A program made the translations under genes and the position numbers. The notes below the pieces were generated by a model. It saw only the letters and a list, made by a program, of their open reading frames with translations, searched no databases and was not told where the DNA came from. DNA of 64,000 bases from Paraphysomonas bandaiensis (lineage: Eukaryota > Protista > Chrysophyceae): positions 99,585-163,584 of the forward strand of contig CBFFRP010000379.1 of assembly GCA_965644295.1 (NCBI GenBank). The letters are read 5' to 3'. Of the stretch, positions 13,851 to 26,678 are shown one piece after another; the stretch's first letter is position 1; each line of letters starts with the position of its first letter.

Positions 13851-14270
13851 TACACACACATTAGTAATTTCATAAACTGAATACCTTTTAAAGATTCTCT
13901 TCCACATATTCCAACCATTTCTTGAAATGTGACATGAATTCTCCATATGAACATCTTCTCTATATGTATGTATATACTGACTGGTGCTTATGTATAGAAA
14001 TAGACGTACATCTGATCCCATAATTCCAAACCAGTCATATAGAACTCTACTATACTATAAAGAAGGTATAGAAGAGAACAACATATCAGTTCATTAGATT
14101 GAGTTGATTAAACGTATTTAAACGTATTGTTATCACTTCGTTGCATCTTTATATGCAACATTGTATCCATAACAAAATCAATCAATCAACATACAATTTC
14201 ATAAGAAAAAGTCGTATAAGAAGACGACTTTATATTAAAAATCAATTAATTTATATAAAAGAAAGTTAAT

Positions 14271-17184
14271 ATGATTAATATTGCCGGTACAACACCTGTA
14301 GATGATCCCTCATATAGGTATAAGATGCCACGGATCATACCTAAAGTAGAAGGTAGAGGGAATGGTATTAAGACCGTGTTAGTTAATGTATCTGATATTG
14401 CAACTGCGCTGAATCGGGATGCATCAGAAATTACAAAGTTTTTTGGATGTGAATTAGGTGCACAAACGACAATGAGTGTGGATGATGACAGATATATAGT
14501 CAATGGTGCTCACAGTACGGGTGATCTTCAGAACTTTATGCATCGTTATATAGAGTCTTTTGTCCTGTGCAAAAACTGTCGTTTGCCTGAGACTCATTAC
14601 AAGATCAAGAATGGGATCATCTGTCAAAAGTGTATGGCTTGTGGCTCTAAGGACCCCTGTGATATGACTCATAAGCTTACCACGTTTATTCTAAAGCAAC
14701 ACAAAAAGGCAAAAGAGTCAAAAGACAAGGAGTCAAAGAAAGACAAGAAGAAGAGCAAAAAGTCGAAGTCAAAGGATGAAGGGGAAGCGAAGGAGGAAGA
14801 AGAAGAAGACAGCAAACCAGCTGCATCCAAGGTGAAGAAAGAGAAGAAAGTGAAGAAGAAATCGAAGTCGAAAGAGGAAGTTGCAGAGGAAGAAGATGAG
14901 GACGTTGAGATGGATACAGAGAGCGAGGCCACAGGTACACATTGATTCATGACAGAAATTTACATGTATAGTTGTATGGTATAGTAGTGAGGAATGGTAA
15001 TGGTGAGAGTTTCTGTTTGTTCTGGGAAATTGAACCCTCCTAGAAGCACAGTCACTTATGGACCACAACCTGAACAGATATCTGAACTATACCGTACTGT
15101 TGTTATGTGATATATATGTAGTTGTATGGTATAGTAGTGAGGAATGGTAATGGTGAGAGTTTCTGTTTGTTCTGGGAAATTGAACCCTCCTGGAAGCACA
15201 GTCACCTATGGACCACAACCTGAACAGATATCTGAACTATACCGTACTGTTGTTATGTGATATATATGTAGTTACATGGTATAGTAGTGAGGAATGGTAA
15301 TGGTGAGAGTTTCTGTTTGTTCTGGGAAATTGAACCCTCCTAGAAGCACAGTCACTTATGGACCACAACCTGAACAGATATCTGAACTATACCGTACTGT
15401 TGTTATGTGATATATATGTGGTTGTATGGTATAGTAGTGAGGAATGGTAATGGTGAGAGTTTCTGTTTGTTCTGGGAAATTGAACCCTCCTGGAAGCACA
15501 GTCACTTATGGACCACAACCTGAACAGATATCTGAACTATACTGTACTGTTGTTATGTGATATATATGTAGTTGTATGGTATAGTAGTGAGGAATGGTAA
15601 TGGTGAGAGTTTCTGTTTGTTCTGGGAAATTGAACCCTCCTAGAAGCACAGTCACTTATGGACCACAACCTGAACAGATATCTGAACTATACCGTACTGT
15701 TGTTATGTGATATATATGTAGTTGTATGGTATAGTAGTGAGGAATGGTAATGGTGAGAGTTTCTGTTTGTTCTGGGAAATTGAACCCTCCTAGAAGCACA
15801 GTCACTTATGGACCACAACCTGAACAGATATCTGAACTATACCGTACTGTTGTTATGTGATATATATGTAGTTGTATGGTATAGTAGTGAGGAATGGTAA
15901 TGGTGAGAGTTTCTGTTTGTTCTGGGAAATTGAACCCTCCTAGAAGCACAGTCACTTATGGACCACAACCTGAACAGATATCTGAACTATACCGTACTGT
16001 TGTTATGTGATATATATGTAGTTGTATGGTATAGTAGTGAGGAATGGTAATGGTGAGAGTTTCTGTTTGTTCTGGGAAATTGAACCCTCCTAGAAGCACA
16101 GTCACTTATGGACCACAACCTGAACAGATATCTGAACTATACCGTACTGTTGTTATGTGATATATATGTAGTTGTATGGTATAGTAGTGAGGAATGGTAA
16201 TGGTGAGAGTTTCTGTTTGTTCTGGGAAATTGAACCCTCCTAGAAGCACAGTCACTTATGGACCACAACCTGAACAGATATCTGAACTATACCGTACTGT
16301 TGTTATGTGATATATATGTAGTTGTATGGTATAGTAGTGAGGAATGGTAATGGTGAGAGTTTCTGTTTGTTCTGGGAAATTGAACCCTCCTGGAAGCACA
16401 GTCACTTATGGACCACAACCTGAACAGATATCTGAACTATACTGTACTGTTGTTATGTGATATAGTTTATATGCGTTCAAGATTTGTTGAATGTCTATTT
16501 TTCTAATCTATACTTACTGTTTTAGATGCTGCGATTGAGCAATTCAAGCTCTGGCTGAATAATAATATATCCCCATCTCCGGCTACTGGTGTTCTTCTGC
16601 CGAAGCAGCAACATCTTGCAGCTGTCGTTGAGGAACTGCGGTCGATTCAGACGCTGTCGTCGTTGCGTCCTTCTGATAGGGCTATAATTTACATCGGTGC
16701 AACATTTTCCCCTACGTCCATAGCAGACAATGATGTTAAGAAGCACAAGGATGTGCTTGGTATGCTTGCACCCAAGGATAATGAGATTCAGCAACGTCAT
16801 CTTATTGCGGTATGTCTTAAATAAGCATTCTTGCACTCACGCTGTTGTATATGCTACGCCAATTCAATCGTATCTTTTGTAATTTATCTTGAGCAGGCTG
16901 CGGAATGGTTCTGCGGTACTCGCTATCCCGATTTGCTTCGTATGTTTCCTGTGCTGTTGAAGCAATTGTATGATGAAGATTTGGTAGAAGAAGAGGCTTT
17001 CTACGCCTGGCATACGGATCTTACCCGTAATGAGTTTACTGCCGAGCAGAGCATGATAACTCTGGAAACGTTGGAGCAACTCAAAGAAGCTGCCCAACTC
17101 TTTGTTGTCTGGCTGCAAGAGGCAGATGAAGAAGGGGATAGTGAGGACGAGTCGGGGGAAGATGATGACGAGGAAGATGCCTGA
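14271..17184 (+). CDS. EIF5: Eukaryotic translation initiation factor 5; exons 14271-14934, 16526-16809, 16897-17184
   Basis: DDPSYRYKMP, EGRGNGIKT, ITKFFGCELGAQ, CKNC/CMAC zinc finger; C-terminal W2 domain LKQLYDEDLVEEE and WLQEADEE; reading frame kept across GT-AG junctions. Confidence 0.95.
14966..16464 (+). repeat. Tandem array of 10 near-identical 150-bp units in eIF5 intron 1
   Basis: GTTGTATGGTATAGTAGTGAGG recurs at 14971, 15121 ... 16321 with a few single-base variants. Confidence 0.98.
14974..15097 (+). ncRNA. Putative box C/D sno/scaRNA (copy 1 of 10; the others at +150-bp steps, last D box at 16432-16435), predicted guide for U2 snRNA Cm40
   Basis: 12-bp terminal stem GTATGGTATAGT/ACTATACCGTAC; C box GTGAGGA (14987-93); D box CTGA (15082-85); K-turn spacing; GAACAGATAT directly upstream of D is complementary to conserved U2 GUAUCUGUUC; sense strand of an intron in a translation-factor gene. 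Confidence 0.7.
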
Positions 17185-17711
17185 CGACCTTGGGTTATTT
17201 ATGAAATACTAGCTATCTGCTTGGATTGTGGGGTATGGCTGATACATTATTTCTCATTTAGTACGGGGAGCCGGCCTTCGGCCAACAATGAATTGTATAT
17301 GCATAAGATGATGATATTATGTTCTCATATGTGATATATTTAATGAATCATCTCTACGCACCTTGTGTGTGACACATTTGCAACAATTTAGCACGTATGA
17401 CACTTCTTTACTCGACATTGTGTTAGCTAAAACTCTATAGTTAAGACGTACAATATTACTTTCACCGAAAACAACAATAATTTACACATATTATTTAGAG
17501 CTCCACCAAATTGGAGCCGATCCGGCTTATCTGTTGCTATTGACTATAGACCATTTTCAGACAATGAAGTTCGTTTTAAGAGAAGTTAAGTTAGTCAAAC
17601 TAGATAGATTATTATAATATAATAATAATAAGATTATTATGTAAACGTTATATATTATATATACAGTAACTTCGTCAGAGAAAACGACTAAAAAACAGCA
17701 ATGGGAAATTG

Positions 17712-18072
17712 TGACAGAACCTACAACCGAATTGGTGGATCAAGGCGCTCTCTCATCTGAGAATGTTGTGACCGGTAAACGTCGACGTAGTAGTGGGGTA
17801 TCGTACAAAGAATAGCTCTATATTATGCTTGACGGAATACTTGAACTGTATAATAATATATATATATATATATGTGACTTTATTGCTGTAAAACTGATGT
17901 GATATGTAATATGCAAGAAAGTAGTAAAAAATATTATAAAAAATATTCTTCACACAATTAATATTTAGTTATAAAAAATATTCTTCATAGTTAGTTATTG
18001 TGCAATTGAAACCATATCAAATATTTCACCAGGTTTTATACATTTCACCAGGTTTTGGTATTACCTCGACTT
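17712..18072. mobile_element. Partial (right-end) copy of the PIF/Harbinger-like element at 46234-47346
   Basis: Near identity to 46995-47346, ending in ACCAGGTTTTGGTATTACCTCGACTT. Confidence 0.8.
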
Positions 18073-18979
18073 CAGGGCTGCGTATCAATTAATTGAAATT
18101 AACTGTCAATTATTGAAATTTCAATAATTGAAATAGGGATGCTTGACTTCAGCAGGCAGCCCAATACCCCGGTTACCCTTCAGGTGGGCCCTGCCCCGGA
18201 TGCCCTTGAGGTCGGATGCCTGTTTATTCATCAGGACCCAAAGACGTCTACACAAGTGACACTTATTGGTGTCCCTTGTACCACACAAGCATTCGGCTAT
18301 GAGTGGGCAGAACATTATCTGCTGCCTATGTTTGCGGCTCACGTTAGTTTCCCAGAGAGAATCTCTCCGGTACTTATCCCCCAGAACACCACGAAAAGGT
18401 GCGAGTCCGACTTTGTTGAGGGTGATAATGGATGATCTTCCCTTTTCTTTCGTGGAAAAAACATTGACACGACAGAACACCAGGTTGAGTAATATTATAA
18501 GATCAATATTAATGAGGTATATGTAGAAGTCTTGAACTTAGAGGTCGAATGCAAGATCAAAGAAATGCTTCCAATGCATTTCGGTTTGATTGTTGATGGA
18601 TGGAAGCAAGGAACGTGATGGATGATGGCTAGTTCAGAATGACGACGGAGTGCAACATTAGATTGATGGTAGCAAGCAGCGGAATCGAGCACATCTGAAT
18701 CAGCAAACTCGTTGCCACAGTATGAAGTACTTGCATGCCACAACAACCAACAAGGTTGAAAGATTGTTCAGTAGAGCTAAGATTGTTGTGACTGATTTGC
18801 ATTTAGAATTACTTATGTTATTACGCATGAACCGTCGCCTCTGGAATGAAATGACAGTTGAGGTAGCTATATTGGCAAGTAATGTAGTTCAGTACTAATT
18901 GCAACAATTGAAATTTAGACAGCAAGTACTAATTGCAATATTAATGACTAGAACCGCAATTAATTGATACGCAGCCCTG
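18073..18979 (+). mobile_element. Internally deleted hAT transposon with both TIRs
   Basis: TIR CAGGGCTGCGTATCAATTAATTG at both ends; transposase fragments (MDDLPFSFVEK, FGLIVDGW, VERLFSRAK); no intact 8-bp TSD seen. Confidence 0.85.
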
Positions 18980-19291
18980 ATACCCACTATACTTGTTTAG
19001 GTAAGAAAGTATTTATGGGTGCATATTAAAAGAAACATATATCTATAAATTTATACTATTATGTACTATAATTACACATAAGGTTGTGAGATATCTTCTG
19101 CAAGTGTGGATCTACTGATGTCCCTGTTGGATATGGTCATATTGATAGATAATGACATAACGGAACAAGATTTTCACTCTATGCGGATATCTTATAAATC
19201 TCGCATCAATCACCAATTTCATGTTAATTCTACTACCACACATTTTTCGTAAGATCTTCGTCACTGCCTCGTCAATATATTTCAATACCCT

Positions 19292-22200
19292 TTACGACGC
19301 ATCAATACGAAGTATTCTTTCCACTATACGAGTAATTAGAATTTCCTTCTTACACACATTCTCGTCACTTGGGTTTTTAACTTTCACTACCAACACTGAC
19401 TCAATCTCAGCCCTTAACTTTCGTATCAGTGCCGCATGTAGCTCGGATATCCGCAGATGAATCCACCCATTCACAATCACTTTGCTGCGCTCAGAGGACT
19501 TGGACAATTCACTAAAGCTCTCACCAAATAAGAGGGTCGCTATAGGAGAAATATGTGTACAGTCGTATATTTGGTGAGCTGGTGAAGCCACCTGCAAATG
19601 AAATGATTATCATATATCGTGTGTGCATTTCGCTACCATACACGACATTTAAGTAATTGTGTAATAAGTTGTGACCTGACGTTTTATAGTATGTATACTT
19701 CACACCATGGTGCATAATTACGCGGTTAATATTATGCATGCATATGATGTGTGCGAGGTATATCGCTACGTGGTACAGAAAAGGGTGAATGGAAGAGGTG
19801 TATCGTGTGATGTGGTAACTGTAATAATAGAAAAAGAAAATGAGTAATCACACGCAAGTCACCTTCATAAAGTATGCCAGATACATATCTCTTCGTCTTT
19901 CCTGTTCAATTCCATCTCCAAGCAAATTTCCAGTGTGTCTGATACCATATATAAGTCACAAATTCATACCTTACACGTCATACAAACACCACAACTTCTA
20001 TATTCACATCTTGTCTGATGAAACATAATTTATAAAATTCATTAAGAAAATTACCGTTTAAGAATACTTGTTGGATGTATTGATATCTCTTCCTCTTCAC
20101 TACCCAGAATTTTCTGTACTAGTCTGTTGGTGGTATTTCCTCTAGTGGATGAAGTCTTCACCATTTTCTGCACCATACAAACTCTGGCCAAACGCGGGAA
20201 CAATCCTGCGAGAATATACATGAAGCCCAAGCGCACCATTATCAAGGCGTATACGACATGATAGTTAGCTACATATAAAAAGGAGCAGAGTAGACACACT
20301 GGCAGTATATATATTGTGAGCAGTAAATGTTGTAGAATAGCTCAAACTATTCGCCAGGGTACACTAATATGACCCAAATAAGTTGCTGACATTCGTTCTT
20401 ACCTGCACAGATTACACAACGAACAATATCTTCTGACCCAGAAAATTCATTCTCTGATACTAAAATACTGCTACTATTTTGAACATTGCCCTCCTCTCGG
20501 CTAACGCTATTGATGTTGTCATTCAAAGGGGTAATCAGTTGTGCATCGCTTAAGTATCGCCTAAATTGCTCGCGAAGACCTTTGATATCTTGTAGGGCAG
20601 AGGCAGAAAGATAATTTTCTTTGGCAAAATTATAGGCTGCCCCAGATCCTTTAGTCTCGTAAACTTCATTCCAGGCATTGTACATATTCACGATGGCGAT
20701 GTGATCTGAAATTGGATAATACGAGGATGATAGTGGAATACAGGACTTTTCATTAGTGCAAAATGAAGTGTGTATCCTGGTCGCATCTTCACGCTTGTCT
20801 ATTGGACTGACAAGAGGGCTCTTTCCTCCTAGGCTTGCTGCTATGGTAAGAACAGGGTCTAGACAATGAAACATACATCCATAAATCAGCATTTTACCCA
20901 GTCGTACATCAACGGGTAGGTGACTAAGATGTAACCCAAGTGGGGTGACGGAATAAGAATATGGTTGGGTGATAGCATCACACATCGCAGCCTGAGAGGA
21001 TTCCTTTGATATTGTAATGGCACCTATATCACGAAGTACTACTAGTGCCTCTCTAATTTGAGAGCGGTCGGGAGGGTCCAGGCATGAAGAGAGAAACTCA
21101 AAGGGATTACCAAGTTTAAGTATGAGAATCTGATAAACCAAATCAGCCACATATGACTACAAGGTACATAGTATGGCACACCTCTACATGTATACATGAA
21201 CGGTTTCGGATGTGACAATTAGTAAACACAATGCATACTATATCAGTAGCAACTATGGTCACACATAATACCTGTAGGCAAACGTCTTCCAATGGAGCTC
21301 GCTTTATTTCAGGTAAGGAGTAGTCTTCACACCGACTGCTATCCATCCATTCCTCAGAGAACAAACGCCAACACGTACCGGCCCTAACTCGACCTGTGTA
21401 ATATGCAACTAGATCATATATAGATAGATAAATGTGGTACATTTCATAGCGTGCACTGACAACACACATGAGGTTGCTCTGCAATGATAGACTAAATCTA
21501 TATCACTTCACATTGCGCACCTGCTCTACCAGCCCTTTGCTGCAGTGAAGCTCGAGATGCTTTAGTAGTCAATAGAGTGGAAAGTTTACTTGACGGGTCA
21601 AATCGCATCTCACGTACCAAACCTATATGCAACATCAATTCGGCTCACAGCATTATGAGATCGAACTATATAAAATAAAATAAAACGACAACTATGGATG
21701 AGACGATAGATGGTATTAAAACATACAGTAATATGAAAACGCCCCACATACGGTAGTAAACAAATCAAGCATGCCCTCTACGCACCACAGTCTACAACAT
21801 GCGTTACGTCATCCACTGTAACAGAAGATTCAGCAATGTTAGTGGATAAGACCACTTTCCATTCGCCTAACTTCGTTCTACAAAAAACCCGCCGCTGTTG
21901 GTCTGGAGGCAAGGAACTATGCAACATATACACCTGTGGACATTGAACCATGCATATTACTACCACAGCAACACACCAATCCATTCGAATGCATATGTGC
22001 ACACACAGTAGAACATACCTTGGCATTCATTGTACTCAGCACACGCCGTGACCTAAGTATCTTACTGATTTTATCTATTGCCTGTATCCCAGGTAGAAAG
22101 ACTAGTATAGCATTGCCCCTATCAGAACTTGTATTTCCACAAGACGTTTGATTCCGATTACGACTACGGTTCGTTTCTGTTTGTATTAGTCGTATAATGA

Positions 22201-24342
22201 ATTCTGCGATCAACTCTTCATTACATATCGGGGGGGCGGAGAGATCCCCTCGCCCAGCAGCTATTCTTCTTCCTGTATTTCCTCTGCCACGCCCACCTCT
22301 TCCTTTCATCGAGGATCCTATAGACAATACGTCTTCTTCAACCACTCCGGAGCTATTCTGACTGCGTTGACCAGAGGTCACAACTGCACGGATATCCGAC
22401 ATATACTTCAGTGTCACCGGGAAGCAGCGCCCAGGAACACGCAATACCGGACAAGAAAAGTACTCACACAGAGAATCACCATGAAGAGTAGCACTCATAA
22501 GTATCTGAAAAAGAGTCTCAGTGAAACAGGAAATAATAATGAAACATAATTCACGACAACAAACGCAAGAGAGTCACGTTACTACGTTGTAGCATGTATG
22601 TACACTGCTATACCAGCTTCAAGTTGTTTCTTAACTGAACTTCCTTTCGAAGAATCGCCATTAGAAAATCAGTCTCAATTTGACGTTCATGCACCTCGTC
22701 CTTCATTCACATAATTAGTCATACATACCAAAAGATTCCATAAATAATTCGGGTGTGGTATATAACACGTCCATCACAACAATACACGAGCTCGTACCAT
22801 TATCACATGTGATACGCTGTTCAAAAAGTTTGGTTGCTTTAGTTTTCTGAGAAGAATACCAGTGGTGCAGTAAAGTATTCTCGTATTCTGAGATCGAGCG
22901 GATTTCAGCCTAATTTGATAACCCACAGTGTCACCCACGGTCGACTCCAGTCGCTCATTTGCCACTCTCTCAGCAACAGACATGGCAGCTATGCGACGAG
23001 GTTGCGTACAGATAATAAAACACTCGGATCCACGATTAGAATGTATCATATCATCTAGAATAATCTGGGGAACCTGAGTAGTTTTACTGCACACAAACAA
23101 TATCAGAAATAGATTATGGGATCTCCAAACTAGTATGTATAATGTACAATGTGCCTATAATACATATTATACTATTTGGATTTGTATGATGCCAAGGCAA
23201 GACACGACACTACTTGGTACTAAAAACCACTACCTATACAGCGTATCAATTCATATAGGGTACAATACCACACAGATATATTCTTCGGTCATTCCATACC
23301 CGCATCCAGTTTCACCAATCAAAGTCAGCACATTGGATTCCTGCAGCGCAGTCAGCAAACTATCCTTCGCTTCGTACATTGGTAGCACAGCTCTTGAGTT
23401 ATCACGCATCAAAGCATATTCCGGTTTGGCTTCTAGCTCTTGCTGAGCTTGCAGCATCGCAGCACTGACATCCAGATTAGGAGTAAGAGACACCGCCTCC
23501 TCGGGAGGCTCGTCGACAGGATCATTCGCGCATGGGTCGCAGTCCGAATCCGACTGATCACTGTGATCCGATTCATCCTGGCAGTCATCATTCACACTAT
23601 GTGGTGCAGGTTCATCAACTCTTTCCTCAGATTGAGTCACTTGTGGAGAATTTTGCTGGAGCATAGCTCGTAGCATAATGTGGGTATCATTCGGCATACT
23701 CTCTAAGTCGCCATCAAGAAGAGGTTTGTTTTCGGGAAGGACATGTAAGAACTTGAGCTTTTTACTTGTCTTCAATTTATTTTGCACTGTCTTGCACAGC
23801 TCTGCAATGTCCATTGTACGTGGTATAACAATACGTTTAGTTACAGAGCTTTTCTCTGCAGATATTTGCAAACTCAGCGGTCCACTCAGATCCTTCTGAA
23901 TTGAATTGGCTTCTGGTTGTTGAGATTGATACGCTTCTACTTTTAATTTCTTTTGTTCAGATTTTAAGATTGATTTCCGTTCTTTTGCATCTTTTAATTG
24001 TTTCCGATCATCACGAAGAATTTTCTTAATAATTTTTCTTTTCATTCCATCAGTTAAACTCTCTGTATATGTATGTCTATCATCATCATCATCATGATTA
24101 CCATCATCATCATCATCTGCAGTAGCAGCAACAGAAGTAGCATCTGTCGTATCATTAGCATTCAATTTTTTCTTATTCTTTTTATTAATTTGATTAATTT
24201 TATAAAGTAATTGAAGTATTTCATTCTCATCACGATGACTTAGTGAGATATGTGTGATAGTGCCTGCTCGAATCTGTACTTTATAGTTCTTATTGGATTG
24301 TTTATTAGGGATAGTATGAGAGGATTTAGAAGATTTCTTCAT
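19292..24342 (-). CDS. DEAH/RHA-family RNA helicase (DHX36/DHX57/DHX29-like), multi-exon
   Basis: GETGCG-KTTQVPQ, TQPRRIAAMSVAERV, DEVHER (22680-22701), MSAT, LSTNIAESSVT, QRAGRAGRV, HA2 region LGLHLSHLPVDVRLGKMLI, C-terminal OB-fold region; likely start MKKSSKS at 24342. Confidence 0.9.
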
Positions 24343-24675
24343 GATTGATAAGGGTGAGGGAGGATAGTGAGATATGTGATTGAAGTCTTTAAGTTTGATT
24401 GTAGAGGTGGTTGATATGATGGATGTATGTATGTATGTACATGCATGTATGTGTGTGTATATGTATGTATGTATGGCATAATAATATTCTTGAGGGCTGA
24501 AATATACTTGCAAGAATTTTACTACCATATCATCCTGTTTGTCCCATCTACACATACAGAAGTAGTGCTGTACTTCGTACCTACTACGACACAGGCGTAC
24601 TGCTGTACTGTACTTACGTACCTACCTATATACCTGCATGCCTACATACTACGTCCGTACGTCCGTACGTGCATG

Positions 24676-24812
24676 CATACATACATACATACATATATAC
24701 ATACATACATACATACATACATACATACATACATACATACATACATACATACATACATACATACATACATACATACATACATACATACCTACATACATAC
24801 ATACATACATAC
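24676..24812 (+). repeat. (TACA)n microsatellite, about 34 units
   Basis: Directly visible; it produces the spurious HTYI/MYVC ORFs. Confidence 0.97.
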
Positions 24813-25049
24813 CTTTGTCCAATCCATTCTGACTCCCGTATCCTACAGAGATACTGATAGTTGTAAACTGAAATATGTATAGTTGAATAAGCCAACTGAC
24901 TTCTACACTTCGGTCCTGTGTGTTCCAGCATGTTCTTGGGTCGTATTCGAATTCCTTGTTGGATTGGATGATCTTCAATTGCTATCAACATACACAGCAA
25001 TGGACTGGAATAATGAACTATAGTGTTCTATTATTCTAGAATTACATAA

Positions 25050-25335
25050 CATGGACGTTGAAACAAGAGGAGATCAGTAAAGCAATCGTTCCTGTGATTC
25101 TAGAATTGAAAGCAGCGTGGAAGACCGTCTGAGCAGCGTGGAAATACAGGGCCGCACTACGAGTGTGAAGATGGCTAATGCTGCCATAAGAAGACACCAG
25201 GCACTAATGGTTTTGCCTTTCGCTGATGGAACCATCCCACAAGTTGAGATTCATCCAAGCACCACACATTGGCTTGTAGCAGGGAAGAAGCTTCTTCCTA
25301 ATGGCCAGCGGAACAACTGGAATAAAAAGAAAAGT
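25050..25335 (+). pseudogene. ORF remnant (possibly Mug135_C-like domain) whose 3' part forms the 5' arm of a hairpin
   Basis: SVKMANAAIRRHQALMVLPFADGTIP...LPNG reads as coding; ATG at 25050 is followed by an early stop. Confidence 0.35.
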
Positions 25336-25673
25336 TGTGTGTGCTTTTCTCTTGTTCCAGTTATTCCGCTGGCCGTTTGGAAGAAGCTTGCTCCCTGCTT
25401 CAATCTAATGTGCTATGGTTGGAGGAATCTCAACTTGTGGTAGTTGTGCCTTTGGCTGATTGAACCATCCCACAAGTTGAGATTCCTCCAACCACTACTC
25501 ATTTGCTTGTAGCAGGGAAGAAGCTTCTTCCTAATGGCCAGCGGAACAACTGGAATAAAAAGAAAAGTTGTGTGTGCTTTTCTCTTGTTCCAGTTATTCC
25601 GCTGGCCATTTGGAAGTAGCTTGCTCCCTGCTTCAATCTAATGTGCTATGGTTGGAGGAATCTCAACTTGTGG
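25237..25673. repeat. Two tandem ~204-nt imperfect fold-back hairpins (25237-25440, 25470-25673)
   Basis: Arms CCACAAGTTGAGATTC...GGCCAGCGGAACAACTGGAA versus TTCCAGTTATTCCGCTGGCC...GAATCTCAACTTGTGG; period 233 bp. Confidence 0.9.
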
Positions 25674-26571
25674 TATTATTGCAGTGATAAGATGAACGTA
25701 TTGAAATACCAGGTTATTCAACCCTGGTCAAAGGAATGACTTACATGCATATTCTAAACAAATATAGTATATAGTATATAAGAGAAGATATATTGAGTAT
25801 TTCTTTGTAGTTAATAAAAAACGTATTTGTTTGTTGATGATATATTCACGAGGTGAAAGTTGTTAATAGTAAGATAGTAAGTACCCCCATTCATTTGATT
25901 AAAGTAAGCAATGCATACTAATTCCAGTATTCTGATAGCAGCAACGCCAATACCTCAATAAAATAACAGTTTATACTGAAAGTCTTATTAAGGTTTAGCA
26001 ATAGGCGTTAAGAATCTGCACCAGCTTAGTAGCTAGATGGACAAACTAGTCAAGCTAGATAAGCATCTACCATTTACTGACTAGAGTAAACTCTTGTATC
26101 CTACTATTTATCGCTACGAGAACTGCTTGTGCGTCTCCGCAAGCACCAAGGTGCGACCATTCTTGCTATATGATAGATGTGTATGTAGGGACGTTGTACA
26201 AGTGAAAGCAGTGATCTAAGTCAACTACTACCACACTGGAACGCTTAAGACTACATTTTATGCAGTTTGCATCTGGGACTGCCTTATGTGCCTCACGGCA
26301 ACCAGGGGAAGCAGCAATATACAATATACCCTTCGGAGTTTGGCAGTCTGGTGGCCTTCCCTTAGGCATTGTGCCAGGTGGCTCGGAGGTATGCGGATGA
26401 AGGTCTTACAAAAGGTGTTGCTCTACTGTGAAGAAGCATCGGAATCGGCACTTTTGCTGACTTAGCCAGTAGCAGAGAACACATGGAAGAGAGTGTGTAG
26501 TTGGACATCAGTGGGATACGAGGGTTCTAAGATGTATCCAATAGCAGGGATTCGAGAGGAAATGTGATGGC

Positions 26572-26678
26572 ACATAAGAGGCAACATCTGATTGAGGAAA
26601 TGTGATGGTACAAGAGAGGCAACATCTAATTGAGGAAATGTGATGGTACAAGAGAGGCAACATCTGATTGAGGAATGT
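26572..26678 (+). repeat. About 3 copies of a 38-bp minisatellite
   Basis: AGAGGCAACATCTGATTGAGGAAATGTGATGGTACA repeated. Confidence 0.85.

Noticed and set aside
14996-15016. Second guide GGTAATGGTGAGAGTTT before a CTGT D'-like box, resembling the complement of human U4 nt 66-82
   Set aside because: Two mismatches to the human sequence, a non-canonical D' box, a poorly conserved U4 region, and D'+5 does not hit a modification I know; needs this organism's U4 sequence.
14966-16464. CRISPR array or nucleosome-length centromeric satellite
   Set aside because: No unique spacers, eukaryotic intron context and no cas genes; the C/D boxes and stems explain the unit better than a coincidental 150-bp length.
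17182-17285. SECIS-like ATGA...GA element and a GGCC-TTCG-GGCC hairpin after the eIF5 TGA stop
   Set aside because: No proper SECIS stem or apical AA, and eIF5 ends normally after its acidic tail; the short hairpin could be chance.
24427-25000. ORFs with HTYI/MYVC repeats (also at 8317-8578, 13393-13656, 50306-50811)
   Set aside because: Translations of TACA microsatellites, not real genes.
26100-26460. Cys-rich fragments (also 37540-37760) suggesting gag/zinc-finger remnants
   Set aside because: Too degenerate to assign a family from the sequence alone.
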